From positions 1 to 55,380 of IMG/VR virus record IMGVR_UViG_3300051212_000924: DNA of 55,380 nucleotides. One strand, 5' to 3'. Below, piece by piece: positions 19,179 through 29,213 of this stretch; positions within the stretch are counted from its first letter, which is position 1, and every line of letters begins with the position of its first letter. The position numbers and the translations under genes are program-made. The notes beneath the pieces were generated by a model. That model was not told the origin of the DNA. It ran no database searches and saw nothing but the letters and a program-made list of their open reading frames with translations. The DNA is from a virus (taxonomy: Duplodnaviria; Caudoviricetes).

Positions 19179-19240
19179 CTTAATGGTTAGAGCGGGCTCC
19201 TTATAAGGGCTTAGTCTGGGTTCAACTCCCAGTGTTCCTA
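19169..19240 (+). tRNA. tRNA-Ile(UAU)
   Basis: GGGAGCA/TGTTCCT acceptor; anticodon arm GGCTC-CTTATAA-GGGCT; GGTTCAACTCC T arm; no encoded CCA. Confidence 0.88.
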
Positions 19241-19246
19241 CCTAAT

Positions 19247-19319
19247 GCTGGTTTAGCAATCTGGCGAATGCAATCGACTCATAATCGATGGGAGGCGAGT
19301 TCGATCCTCGCAACCAGCA
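19247..19319 (+). tRNA. tRNA(CAU), elongator Met or Ile2
   Basis: GCTGGTT/AACCAGC acceptor; ATCGA-CTCATAA-TCGAT; paired 1:72 and no three-GC anticodon stem, so not an initiator. Confidence 0.88.
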
Positions 19320-19320
19320 C

Positions 19321-19349
19321 TTGACCACTACAACTCTAAGAGTTATAAT
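19321..19349 (+). promoter_or_regulatory. Sigma70-type promoter for tRNA-Leu
   Basis: TTGACC-N17-TATAAT, 12 nt before the tRNA. Confidence 0.75.
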
Positions 19350-19361
19350 GGTCTCATACAC

Positions 19362-19434
19362 GGGCGTGTAGTCCAGCGGAAGAGACAGGGACCTTAAAAG
19401 TCCTCCAGCGGTGGTTCGAATCCACTCACGCCTA
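19362..19434 (+). tRNA. tRNA-Leu(UAA) with short variable loop
   Basis: GGGCGTG/CACGCCT acceptor; GGGAC-CTTAAAA-GTCCT; GGTGG-TTCGAAT-CCACT. Confidence 0.85.
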
Positions 19435-19466
19435 TCAAAAATAAATATAAGATATGGGAAAACCCA

Positions 19467-19769
19467 ATGTCTTATCGTATCGACACCGCATACTGCTGGT
19501 ATCTTGATGGCAGTATGATTGTGAAGATGTATTTTATCAATCACGTTCCCTTCACATTTGATGAACTTCCAGAAGGGCACTTATACGACCAAGACCTTTG
19601 TAGAGAGGCGGATAAAAATCGTACATTTGAACCAGAAGACTTATACAGAAATTCATTTTATCTAATAGATGAAGAGGTGCATCCTTGCTTCTTTCCAGTT
19701 GAGTTAGAGAATCCTGAAGATATGCCAGACGACATTATTGAGTATGACGAGGAAGATTTAATGGGTTGA
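19467..19769 (+). CDS. Hypothetical protein
   Basis: 100-aa acidic ORF after TAAATA at 19442-19447. Confidence 0.7.
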   Translation: MSYRIDTAYCWYLDGSMIVKMYFINHVPFTFDELPEGHLYDQDLCREADKNRTFEPEDLYRNSFYLIDEEVHPCFFPVELENPEDMPDDIIEYDEEDLMG

Positions 19770-19807
19770 TAAATAAAACATAGAAATATTTTGGCGAATA
19801 TAATCCG

Positions 19808-22800
19808 ATGCCTCTCAACAAGTTAGAGAATTTTATTAAGAATACTGAAGGGCGTATTCTTTATGTTAATCCAAATGATCTGGATTCAACCGATAGCATT
19901 GAAAACCAAGGTAATTCCTTAACAAAACCTTTTAAAACAATTCAAAGAGCTCTTTTAGAGTCTGCGAGATTCTCATATTTGAGAGGAAGTGACAACGATA
20001 TTGTTGAGAAGACTACGATTCTTCTTTTCCCTGGTGAGCATATTATTGATAACAGACCTGGTTTTGGTATTAAATCAGTAGCAAACGTTGCAACTGCAGT
20101 TTCTCCAGCGGGAACGACAAGCAATGCTTCAGAAACTTTAACCTTAAATTTAACATCAAACTTTGATTTAACGCAAAACGATAATATTCTCTATAAGTTT
20201 AATAGTGTCTACGGTGGTGTAGTTGTACCTCGTGGAACTTCGATCGTTGGTCTAGATCTAAGAAAGACCAAAATCCGCCCAAAGTATGTTCCAAACCCCA
20301 CTGACTCTAACTTAGGCACTAGTGCCATATTTAAAATTACTGGTGCTTGTTATTTTTGGCAGTTTTCAATTTTTGATGGCGATGAGACTGGTGTTGTTTA
20401 TACTGATAATGCTAACTTTTCGACTACAAACCAATCAAAACCCACCTTCTCTCACCACAAACTGACTTGTTTTGAATATGCTGACGGTGTGAATACTGTA
20501 TCAGGATACAGTCTCACTGATCTTGATATGTATTATAGTAAACTATCAAATGCTTTTAATGAAGCATCTGGTAGAAACATCGATCAGAAGTATCCAGCAA
20601 ACCCACTAGGTTTTGCTAAGCAAAGACCAGAATGGGAAATTGTTGGTGCTTTCTTATCTGACCCTGTTAATATTTCAAGTATTATTTCTGGAGATGGTTC
20701 AACTCCAGGACCAGTTGTTACTGTAACTACAGCAACTGCTCACGGTTTAACAGCAGATACACCAATCAAAATCAGAGGTGTAAATGTTGACGACTATAAT
20801 ATTTCAACAAAAGTACAAACAGTTACAAGTGATACAACTTTTACTTATGTGCTTCCATATGTAAGAGATAATCTTCCTGCTGGATCTTCTGCTGGATTAA
20901 GTGGATCTTCGGCAACGGTCACAATTGAAACTGATACAGTTTCTGGTGCTTCCCCTTATATCTTCAACGTATCTTTACGTTCTGTATGGGGTATGAACGG
21001 TATGCATGCCGATGGTGCAAAAGCATCAGGTTTCCGTTCAATGGTCGTTGCACAGTTCACTGCTGTGTCTCTACAAAAAGATGACCGTGCATTTGTAAAA
21101 TATAACAAATCAAGTAGAACTTATGACAGCATTGCAATTACAAAAGTTACTGGTGCTGCGTTATCATCTGGATCTTCTTCCACTAATGCTAACACTGTCT
21201 ATCACTTAGACCCAGAAGCAATTTATAGGCACGGTTGGCAACCAGTTCACATTAAAGGAAGTAACGATTCGTTCATTCAAATTGTTTCGGTCTTTGCAAT
21301 TGGATTCAATAAGCACTTTGCTGCATTCTCTGGTTCAGATCACTCAATTACAAACTCGAACTCTAACTTTGGTCAATTCTCTCTGTCTGCGGACGGATTT
21401 AAAGCAGAAGCATTTGATAAAGATGACAAGGCATACATCACTTCAGTTGTTACTCCAAGATCGATTGAACTGACAGAAGCAAATATTGACTGGATTTCGA
21501 TTGATGTAGGTCTTACTACTCAAGTTGGTGTATCGAGTCACTTATATCTTTATGGATTTAATAATATTGATATTGAACCACCAATCATTACTCAAGGTTA
21601 TCGAGTCGGTGCAAGAAAAGGTGATGCCCTTTATGTTGAAATAGGTGGCACTACAAAAGAAGCATCTATTTACATGCTTGATAATAAAATTGGAACTGGT
21701 GTTACTATTGCACAAGGAACGACAAGTTCTGAAAAAGTCTTTAACGTTTCAAGTGTAAGTTCTAGTACAATCAATTTGGCAAGCAACGCTGGAATTTCAA
21801 CTGGCGAAAAGATTAGAATTATTAGTGAAACTGGTGATCTTCCAGAAAATCTTTATTCAAATACAGTTTATTATGCTGTTCCCCAAACAAGTTCTTCGCT
21901 GAAAGTTGCTTCTTCACTTACTAACGCAGAAGCAGCAACTCCTGTTACCATCGACATTTATGGTGGAGATCAACTTAAAGTTGTAAGTAGAGTATCAGAT
22001 AAAGAACCAGCACAAGTTGGATCTCCAGTTCAATGGGATTCTGTAAATTCTGGATGGTATATTCACGTAAACACTGGTAATAATATCTTCAGCACTTTAC
22101 AAACTCAAGGTGTTGCTGGAATTGGTAATCCCAATACTGCAGTTTCTTTCATCAAGAGATATGAAGATGAGAGAAGTTTGGATGAAAAACTTTACAAAAT
22201 TCGTGTTGTAATTCCAAAAGAAACAACCAACGCTAGAGATTTAACTGAAGGATTTATTCTTCAGGATTCTAGCACAACTGCAGCAAGATCTAATTCTGAT
22301 TTCACTCTTTCATCTTTAACATCTGCAGATTATGGTTATAATAGAAATCCAAGATTTATTAGCACCTGTTCGTTCAACTCTGTAAGTGATATTATTACGG
22401 TAAGAGCAGAACAACCACATAATTTAAGAGCAGGTGATACAGTTGTCGTTAAAAATGTTAAGAGTACCGCAAACACTTCTGGAACAATAAATCAGGGATA
22501 CAACGGAACATTTACTGTTGTAAGTGTAACCGATGATAAAACATTTACTTATAGTTCAACCGATATCAACGGAAATATTCATGACGAACCAGGAGTATTT
22601 ACGAACAATACTTCAGTAAGAGATACTAGCCTACCAAGATTTGAAAAGAACGACAACCAGGGTAACTTCTATATTTACAGACACGAAGTTATTACTCCAT
22701 ATCATTACAACACTCAAGATGGTGTTTATTATGTTTATATGTTGAACGCATCAAATGCGATTCCAACAGAATTTACAAACGTAAAATATAGTCAAAACGT

Positions 22801-25273
22801 TGTCGATCTTTATCCACAACTTGATAAAGATAATGTTGATGATAACCCCGTATCTTCTAAAACCTTTGCTAAGAGAAATCCTCTTGGTGAAGTTGTAACT
22901 AACGAACTCAAGAGAAGCGTCACTAGAGAAAGTGTTGATAAATTCTATCCATACTTTGGTGTTGGTCCTATTATTTCTGGAGTTACAACTTCACAATCTG
23001 GCATCACAACACTCACGTTCTCGACAGAACACAATTTAAACGGTATTGTAACATATAGTTCACTTTCTGGTGGCAGTGGGCACACCAATGGAACTTATTA
23101 TAATATTAAATTGTTCAATAGCAATGCTGCTCCAGCAGTTGCTGTATGGGACGGTGCTACAGCAAAAGTAATCGTATCTGGAGGTTCTGTAGTTGCTGCC
23201 GATATTATGGCAGGTGGATCTGGTTATACAACTGGAGAAACACTTTATTTCGATAGTAGTGTAATTGGCGGAACACCAAGTGGAAATATTACGCTTGCAA
23301 CCTCTGGTATTTCCACTGTTATTGGCAATTCAATTCAATTGACAGGTATTGGCACAACCGCTGATGGTCATTATCAAATCAGTGGAGTTCCTGCTAAAAA
23401 TCAAGTATCATTTGCGGTAACTGCATCAGATCCACTACCAGTTGTTGGACAATATTTAATTAATGTACATCCAAGAATAACAGTAACTTCAGTCACAAAT
23501 GATACTACAACTGGAATTACAACCTTTACATCAACTTATGGTCATGGACTAGTTGCAGGTGTTAAATTTAGGGTATTAGATTCAAGTAATAATAATCGTG
23601 GAGACTATAGAGTAAGAGCGGTTCTTTCTCCAACTCAATTTACTTCTACAACAAATACAACAATTCCTTCTGGAACTCTTCAAATTGTTAAGCATGCGTT
23701 AGCAGCAACTAACGCTACTGCTGATTCATCTGGAGAAAACCTTGGCACAAGATCGATTGGATTCTATGACAACGAGTGTCTAACTTTAGGTCAATCAATT
23801 ACAAACGATACGAGTTTCCAAGTAACAACTATTAATTCTGGAATTTCTACAACAAATAGATTTAAACTTGGATCTTATATTCAAATTGGAAGTGAAATTA
23901 TGAGAATTATTTCCAGCACCTTATCTGGTGCAGGAAATAATGAAATTACAGTAATTCGTGGTGTTCTTGGAACCCTCAAAGATAATCATACAAGCGGATC
24001 TCTGATTAAGAAAATTAAACCATTAGCAGTTGAATTCCGCAGACCTTCAACAATTCGTGGTTCGGGTCATACATTTGAATATCTTGGTTTTGGTCCTGGT
24101 AACTATTCTACTGGTTTACCACAAGTTCAACTTAGAACTTTATCTGAAAGAGAAGAATTCCTTGCTCAGGCACAAGAGAGTGCTTGTGGTAGTGTAGCAT
24201 ACACTGGTATGAATAACGATGGAGATTTCTTCATCGGCAATACAAAATATTCCGCCACTTCAGGGCAACAAACTACCTTTGAAATTCCTGTTCCAACAGT
24301 AACAGGTCAAGATCCTTCTAGACTGTCTGTTGTCTTTGACGAAGTTATTGTTAAGGAAAGACTTCTGGTTGAAGGTGGTAACTCTGGTGCTGTTCTGTCA
24401 CAGTTTGACGGACCAGTCACATTTACTAAAAATGTTACCTTCAAAGATGAATCTAAATTTACAAATACTGTAAGACTTACTCAAGGAACAGAATCTACTA
24501 GTTGCGGCACTGGAGATTTAATTGTTGCTGGTGGAGTTGGAATTGGTAAAAACTTAAATGTTTGTGGAAGACTATCATTTGTAGGTGGACTCAATATTTC
24601 TGGTGTTACTACAATTACAGACACTACTCAATCAACAAGCAAAGACAATGGTTGTTTAATTCTTGAGGGTGGTTTAGGTGTAGAAAAGAATGTCAACATC
24701 GGAGGAAATGTTGGAATTACAGGAACACTTAGTGTAACTAGCACAGTATCACTTTCATCGAGTCTGACTGTCAACGGAAACACCACATTTGGTAATGATG
24801 CCAGTGACGTTACAACTATTACCGGTAGATTGGATGTTGATAACTTAAGATTTGATGGAAATACATTCAGTTCTACAAGTGGCAATATCACAATTGATTC
24901 TTCTGGTGGAACAGTCAGCATCAGTGACAATACTGCAATAACTGGCGAACTTACAGTTACTGGAGATATTACAGCATTCTATAGTTCTGATGAAAGACTG
25001 AAAGACAATATTAAACCAATTGAAGATCCTCTTGCAAAGGTCCTTTCGATTAGTGGTAACACTTTTGAGTGGAACGATAAGTCTTCACACACTGGTAAGG
25101 ATGTTGGTGTTATTGCTCAAGAAATTGAAAAAGTTCTCCCCGAAATTGTTACAACCAGAGATAATGGTTACAAGGCAGTTCAATATGAAAAACTCACGGC
25201 TCTTCTAATTGAAGCGGTCAAGGAATTATCTGCCAAGGTTGAAAAATTGGAACAAAAATTATCCGATAAATAA
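19808..25273 (+). CDS. Large tail fibre/structural protein with C-terminal S74 chaperone
   Basis: LYVNPND...PFKTIQRA start; repeated T..HGL..G domains; SSDERLKDNI...GVIAQEIEKVLPEIV...LIEAVKEL; TAAATA at 19770. Confidence 0.85.
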   Translation: MPLNKLENFIKNTEGRILYVNPNDLDSTDSIENQGNSLTKPFKTIQRALLESARFSYLRGSDNDIVEKTTILLFPGEHIIDNRPGFGIKSVANVATAVSPAGTTSNASETLTLNLTSNFDLTQNDNILYKFNSVYGGVVVPRGTSIVGLDLRKTKIRPKYVPNPTDSNLGTSAIFKITGACYFWQFSIFDGDETGVVYTDNANFSTTNQSKPTFSHHKLTCFEYADGVNTVSGYSLTDLDMYYSKLSNAFNEASGRNIDQKYPANPLGFAKQRPEWEIVGAFLSDPVNISSIISGDGSTPGPVVTVTTATAHGLTADTPIKIRGVNVDDYNISTKVQTVTSDTTFTYVLPYVRDNLPAGSSAGLSGSSATVTIETDTVSGASPYIFNVSLRSVWGMNGMHADGAKASGFRSMVVAQFTAVSLQKDDRAFVKYNKSSRTYDSIAITKVTGAALSSGSSSTNANTVYHLDPEAIYRHGWQPVHIKGSNDSFIQIVSVFAIGFNKHFAAFSGSDHSITNSNSNFGQFSLSADGFKAEAFDKDDKAYITSVVTPRSIELTEANIDWISIDVGLTTQVGVSSHLYLYGFNNIDIEPPIITQGYRVGARKGDALYVEIGGTTKEASIYMLDNKIGTGVTIAQGTTSSEKVFNVSSVSSSTINLASNAGISTGEKIRIISETGDLPENLYSNTVYYAVPQTSSSLKVASSLTNAEAATPVTIDIYGGDQLKVVSRVSDKEPAQVGSPVQWDSVNSGWYIHVNTGNNIFSTLQTQGVAGIGNPNTAVSFIKRYEDERSLDEKLYKIRVVIPKETTNARDLTEGFILQDSSTTAARSNSDFTLSSLTSADYGYNRNPRFISTCSFNSVSDIITVRAEQPHNLRAGDTVVVKNVKSTANTSGTINQGYNGTFTVVSVTDDKTFTYSSTDINGNIHDEPGVFTNNTSVRDTSLPRFEKNDNQGNFYIYRHEVITPYHYNTQDGVYYVYMLNASNAIPTEFTNVKYSQNVVDLYPQLDKDNVDDNPVSSKTFAKRNPLGEVVTNELKRSVTRESVDKFYPYFGVGPIISGVTTSQSGITTLTFSTEHNLNGIVTYSSLSGGSGHTNGTYYNIKLFNSNAAPAVAVWDGATAKVIVSGGSVVAADIMAGGSGYTTGETLYFDSSVIGGTPSGNITLATSGISTVIGNSIQLTGIGTTADGHYQISGVPAKNQVSFAVTASDPLPVVGQYLINVHPRITVTSVTNDTTTGITTFTSTYGHGLVAGVKFRVLDSSNNNRGDYRVRAVLSPTQFTSTTNTTIPSGTLQIVKHALAATNATADSSGENLGTRSIGFYDNECLTLGQSITNDTSFQVTTINSGISTTNRFKLGSYIQIGSEIMRIISSTLSGAGNNEITVIRGVLGTLKDNHTSGSLIKKIKPLAVEFRRPSTIRGSGHTFEYLGFGPGNYSTGLPQVQLRTLSEREEFLAQAQESACGSVAYTGMNNDGDFFIGNTKYSATSGQQTTFEIPVPTVTGQDPSRLSVVFDEVIVKERLLVEGGNSGAVLSQFDGPVTFTKNVTFKDESKFTNTVRLTQGTESTSCGTGDLIVAGGVGIGKNLNVCGRLSFVGGLNISGVTTITDTTQSTSKDNGCLILEGGLGVEKNVNIGGNVGITGTLSVTSTVSLSSSLTVNGNTTFGNDASDVTTITGRLDVDNLRFDGNTFSSTSGNITIDSSGGTVSISDNTAITGELTVTGDITAFYSSDERLKDNIKPIEDPLAKVLSISGNTFEWNDKSSHTGKDVGVIAQEIEKVLPEIVTTRDNGYKAVQYEKLTALLIEAVKELSAKVEKLEQKLSDK

Positions 25274-25289
25274 CTAAAAAGTCTACGAA

Positions 25290-27467
25290 ATGGCAAATTA
25301 TAATAAGTCATTTAATTTTAGGAACGGTGTTCAGGTTGATGATGATAATCTAGTTGTAGATACACTTGGAAAAGTTGGTATCGGAACAACTGTTCCAACT
25401 GAATTTTTGGATGTTCGTGGAAACGCAACGGTAAGTGGATTTACTACAGCATCGGATATTTACAGTAAGAATATCAAAGTAAGTGGAATTATTACCGCAT
25501 CAACACTTACTGACGGTAAGATAACAATAAGTTCTGGTATTATTACGGCATCTTCAGGTGTTGTAACTTTTTATGGTGATGGTAGAGGAATTGTTAATAT
25601 TCCAACATCTCAATGGATTGATACTGATGTTGGATTAGGATTTACAAGTATTTACAATACAGGATTCGTTGGAGTCAATACCAACGATCCAAGATATGCT
25701 TTCCAAGTTGCTGGAACTAATGATTTAAGCAACTTTGTTGGTGGAGTTGGAATCAATTCTCGTGGTGATATTGTAGCAACTGGGGTAATCACAGCAACGA
25801 CTGTAAGAGCGTCTATTGCTGCCACTTTCTTAACAGGTACAATTGATAACGCAAGAATACCATCAAACATTAGTGTTTCTGGAATTATTACGGCATCTAG
25901 TGGATTTGTAGGAAATCTTGTTGGAATTGCTTCTACAGCGCAATCTTTGACTGGATCTCCAAGTATTACAGTTACTAATATCACTGCTGGAATTATTACA
26001 GCGAGTAGCATTAATTCTGCTGGTCTAGTCACAGCGACTGGAGTTAATTTAAGCGGCAATGTTATAGTAGAGGGATTTGTATCAGCAGCAAGCACGATTA
26101 CTAGTGGAAGTATTACTGTAACAGGAGATTCTAGTGTTAGTGGTATTCTAACTGCTGCTAGTATCAATAGTGGAGTATCTACAGTTGGTATTTCAACGGT
26201 TCATCAACAATTTCATGTTGGAACATCAGGAACTTTCTTTGCTGTAACTTCTGCTGGTGCAATTGGAATTGGTAGTGCTTCTCCAACTTCCGACTTTTTA
26301 GTAAGAAGAACGGGAACTAACCTTGTCGAAGTTATTTCTGATACAAGCGAGGCAAGAATTAGTATTGGTCAATCAGTTGGAGTTGGAAATAGTTCTGCTA
26401 TCTTAAGATTTGGAAATACTCAAAGCACTCTTGAAATTCTAAACAGATCCACGGGTGGATTTAACAATTACATTCATGCTGGTGGTTCTGGTATTGGAAC
26501 AGGTAATTTTAACTGGGTTTATGGTCAGACAAACGCAGAGTTAATGACTCTGACTTATGGAGGTCGTCTTGGACTAGGTAAAACAAATCCAGATAATACT
26601 TTACACGTCGTTGGAACTTCCACTGTAACTAGTAGTGCTTGGTTTGGTGGTAACGTTACTATTAATGGAACTTTAAGTGCTTCAACTATAACTTTACCAA
26701 GTGTCCTAACTAATATCAATTTAGATAATTCTATTGGAGTTAGCACCGTTGCAAATCTTCTTGTTGCTCCAGTTGGTGTTGGTTCAATTGGTATTAACAC
26801 CACAAATGCAATTGCTGGTCTAGACGCAAGAGCAGTAGATGGTTTATTCAGTAGAATTGGAATTAATACAATTTCTTTTGGCACTGAATTACTTAATGTA
26901 GAAGGCGCATCTAGATTTGGAAGTATTGGTATTGGAACTAGTGCTTCAACTACTGGTATTGGTTTAATTATTACGAATGAAATTCAACAATTTAATTCAA
27001 CTACGACTCTTACTAATTCAATTCTTTATGTTGCAGGAACTTCTGGAGTAGGTGTTGGAACAACTTCTTTACGCTCTGCAATAGACTTTGCTGATGCAGG
27101 TAAAATTAATCCAGGTTTATTACCGGGTGAAGGAACTGGATCTAGAGCATATTTCTTACCTCCAAGACTAACATCTACACAAAGAACTGGTCTCACAACA
27201 GAGGCTGGAGGATTAATTTACAATTCCACCACTAACGAATTCCAAGGATACTCTGGTACGGCTTGGACAAATCTTGGTATAACAACTGCGAACATAGTTT
27301 CAGACCAAGTTAAAGTTGGAACAGGTGTTACAGTGAATTCTGGTGTAGTAACAGCAGTAAACGGATTTACTAGTGGAATTGGAACGGAAGTAAGAATTAC
27401 AACCGTTGGTAATCGTGTAGTATTTACTGTTCCTGGAGTGGGAACAACTTCATTACAATTATTCTAA
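25290..27467 (+). CDS. Tail fibre protein
   Basis: VGIGT..P, GIITA repeats, PPRLTSTQR...GGLIYNSTTNEFQGY; TAAATA at 25267. Confidence 0.8.
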   Translation: MANYNKSFNFRNGVQVDDDNLVVDTLGKVGIGTTVPTEFLDVRGNATVSGFTTASDIYSKNIKVSGIITASTLTDGKITISSGIITASSGVVTFYGDGRGIVNIPTSQWIDTDVGLGFTSIYNTGFVGVNTNDPRYAFQVAGTNDLSNFVGGVGINSRGDIVATGVITATTVRASIAATFLTGTIDNARIPSNISVSGIITASSGFVGNLVGIASTAQSLTGSPSITVTNITAGIITASSINSAGLVTATGVNLSGNVIVEGFVSAASTITSGSITVTGDSSVSGILTAASINSGVSTVGISTVHQQFHVGTSGTFFAVTSAGAIGIGSASPTSDFLVRRTGTNLVEVISDTSEARISIGQSVGVGNSSAILRFGNTQSTLEILNRSTGGFNNYIHAGGSGIGTGNFNWVYGQTNAELMTLTYGGRLGLGKTNPDNTLHVVGTSTVTSSAWFGGNVTINGTLSASTITLPSVLTNINLDNSIGVSTVANLLVAPVGVGSIGINTTNAIAGLDARAVDGLFSRIGINTISFGTELLNVEGASRFGSIGIGTSASTTGIGLIITNEIQQFNSTTTLTNSILYVAGTSGVGVGTTSLRSAIDFADAGKINPGLLPGEGTGSRAYFLPPRLTSTQRTGLTTEAGGLIYNSTTNEFQGYSGTAWTNLGITTANIVSDQVKVGTGVTVNSGVVTAVNGFTSGIGTEVRITTVGNRVVFTVPGVGTTSLQLF

Positions 27468-27473
27468 TTTTTT

Positions 27474-28946
27474 ATGAAAAAATTCATTGTTCTCGGTTCT
27501 GGAACCGCTGGATTGATTGCTGCTGGTATGATAAAAAGATATTGGGGAGATAAAGTCCAAGTCTCTTTATATTATGACGCATCTAGAAAAAATATAGCAG
27601 TTGGTGAAAGCACAACACCCATCGTTCATTTGTTTTTGAATGCTATGGGTCTGACCACTGCCGATTTAATTCGAGATTTGAATGTAACTGTAAAACTAGG
27701 AATTAACTTTAAAGACTGGATTCCTGGTACAGAATACTTTCACGGATTTCAAGAAGTTGCTTTCTACGGAGAACCTGATAACTCTACTGCAATCTATTCA
27801 ATACCAAATGATTGTTATGATGGTGGGTTATTATACAACGAAGCGACTACTACCCTGCCGCAGAAACAATTTGAGTATATTCACGCTTTGCACATAGACA
27901 CTCAAGATTTTTCAAATTATATGTTTGAAAAACTAAGTGATGAAATTGATTTTATAGATGATGTTGCCGAAAAAATTAACGTCAAAGATAATAAGATTGA
28001 AAGTATAGATTTTAAAAATACTGGTAATGTAAGCGCCGACTTTTATATTGATTGTTCTGGTTTTAGTTCTCTTCTTATCAAAAATCTAGAACCAAAGTGG
28101 GTTGATATTCTAGAATATTTGCCTATTGATAGAGCAATTCCTCAACAAGTTCCTTATGATTTTGAAGAGGTTCCTTCTTATACCTTGGCAGAAGCAACAG
28201 ATAATGGATGGATATGGCAGATACCAATTGGTAATCGATATGGAACTGGGTATCTTTATTCCTCTAAATTTACAACTGACGAAGAAGCAAGAGAAAAATA
28301 TAATGCTTGGTTGCTAGAACGATTTGGTGTAGAACTTAAAACTGATAGAATTATTCACTACAAACCTGGTTATTATGACCAAGCGTGGGTGGGTAATTGT
28401 CTATCTGTTGGGTTATCTAGTGGATTTGTCGAGCCACTAGAATCAACAGGTATTCATATTATTGTGAAGCAATTGCACGATTTCATTGAATTAAACTCCA
28501 ATCTCACATTTTTAGAGCATAACCGAAAAAGATTCAATGAAAATAACTTAAAGACTTATGAAACCATAGTTGATTTTATTTGTCTTCACTACAATACTAA
28601 TAGAACTGACTCCGACTTTTGGAGATACATGACTGAGAATAAAAAGAAGTGGGTAAAAGACTTTGACGAGAAATGTAGGAATGAATTTCTAGATAGATTT
28701 GGATTGGGAGATAATCCATCTAATTTCTTTTGGCCACTTGATAGTTTTATTCAGGTTGCTAACGGATTACAAATGTTTGATAAAGAATCAATCAATCAAT
28801 ATTTAAATTCAAAGCACAATAAAGATCAAATTTTAGATATGGTAAAAGAAAATTTTTCTTACAATAAATTAAAAAAGTCAGAACACCTAAAAATATCACA
28901 TAAAAAAGTCATAAATTATCTTAGAACTAATTACCACGATGCCTAA
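27474..28946 (+). CDS. Flavin-dependent (tryptophan) halogenase family protein
   Basis: GSGTAG FAD motif, VGESTTP, KLGINF (catalytic Lys position), GWIWQIP (WxWxIP), FVEPLESTG. Confidence 0.9.
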   Translation: MKKFIVLGSGTAGLIAAGMIKRYWGDKVQVSLYYDASRKNIAVGESTTPIVHLFLNAMGLTTADLIRDLNVTVKLGINFKDWIPGTEYFHGFQEVAFYGEPDNSTAIYSIPNDCYDGGLLYNEATTTLPQKQFEYIHALHIDTQDFSNYMFEKLSDEIDFIDDVAEKINVKDNKIESIDFKNTGNVSADFYIDCSGFSSLLIKNLEPKWVDILEYLPIDRAIPQQVPYDFEEVPSYTLAEATDNGWIWQIPIGNRYGTGYLYSSKFTTDEEAREKYNAWLLERFGVELKTDRIIHYKPGYYDQAWVGNCLSVGLSSGFVEPLESTGIHIIVKQLHDFIELNSNLTFLEHNRKRFNENNLKTYETIVDFICLHYNTNRTDSDFWRYMTENKKKWVKDFDEKCRNEFLDRFGLGDNPSNFFWPLDSFIQVANGLQMFDKESINQYLNSKHNKDQILDMVKENFSYNKLKKSEHLKISHKKVINYLRTNYHDA

Positions 28947-29193
28947 TTACTACATTCAGCATACGCAACAACTTAACGGTATTTCAAAAATAGTATATTA
29001 TCAGGGAGATAACTGCTGGACCACAGAACATGAACATCGTAAGATTTATAGTAAGAAAAAAGACGCAACTGCAGAATTATATGATTTTGGAGGTAACGTA
29101 GTTAAAGATATAGTTTTTGACTCAAATGCAATTGATGGAGATGGAGACGGAATTGTTCAAGAAGGAACTGAATTTGAGAGAACCATAGAATAA
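28939..29193 (+). CDS. Hypothetical protein with C-terminal DxDxDG motif
   Basis: ...AIDGDGDGIVQEGTEFER; overlaps the halogenase stop. Confidence 0.6.
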   Translation: MPNYYIQHTQQLNGISKIVYYQGDNCWTTEHEHRKIYSKKKDATAELYDFGGNVVKDIVFDSNAIDGDGDGIVQEGTEFERTIE

Positions 29194-29213
29194 ATAACTA
29201 AAAACTGAGTGAA

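Noticed and set aside
19242-19580. 112-aa - strand ORF
   Set aside because: Overlaps two tRNAs and a + strand gene.
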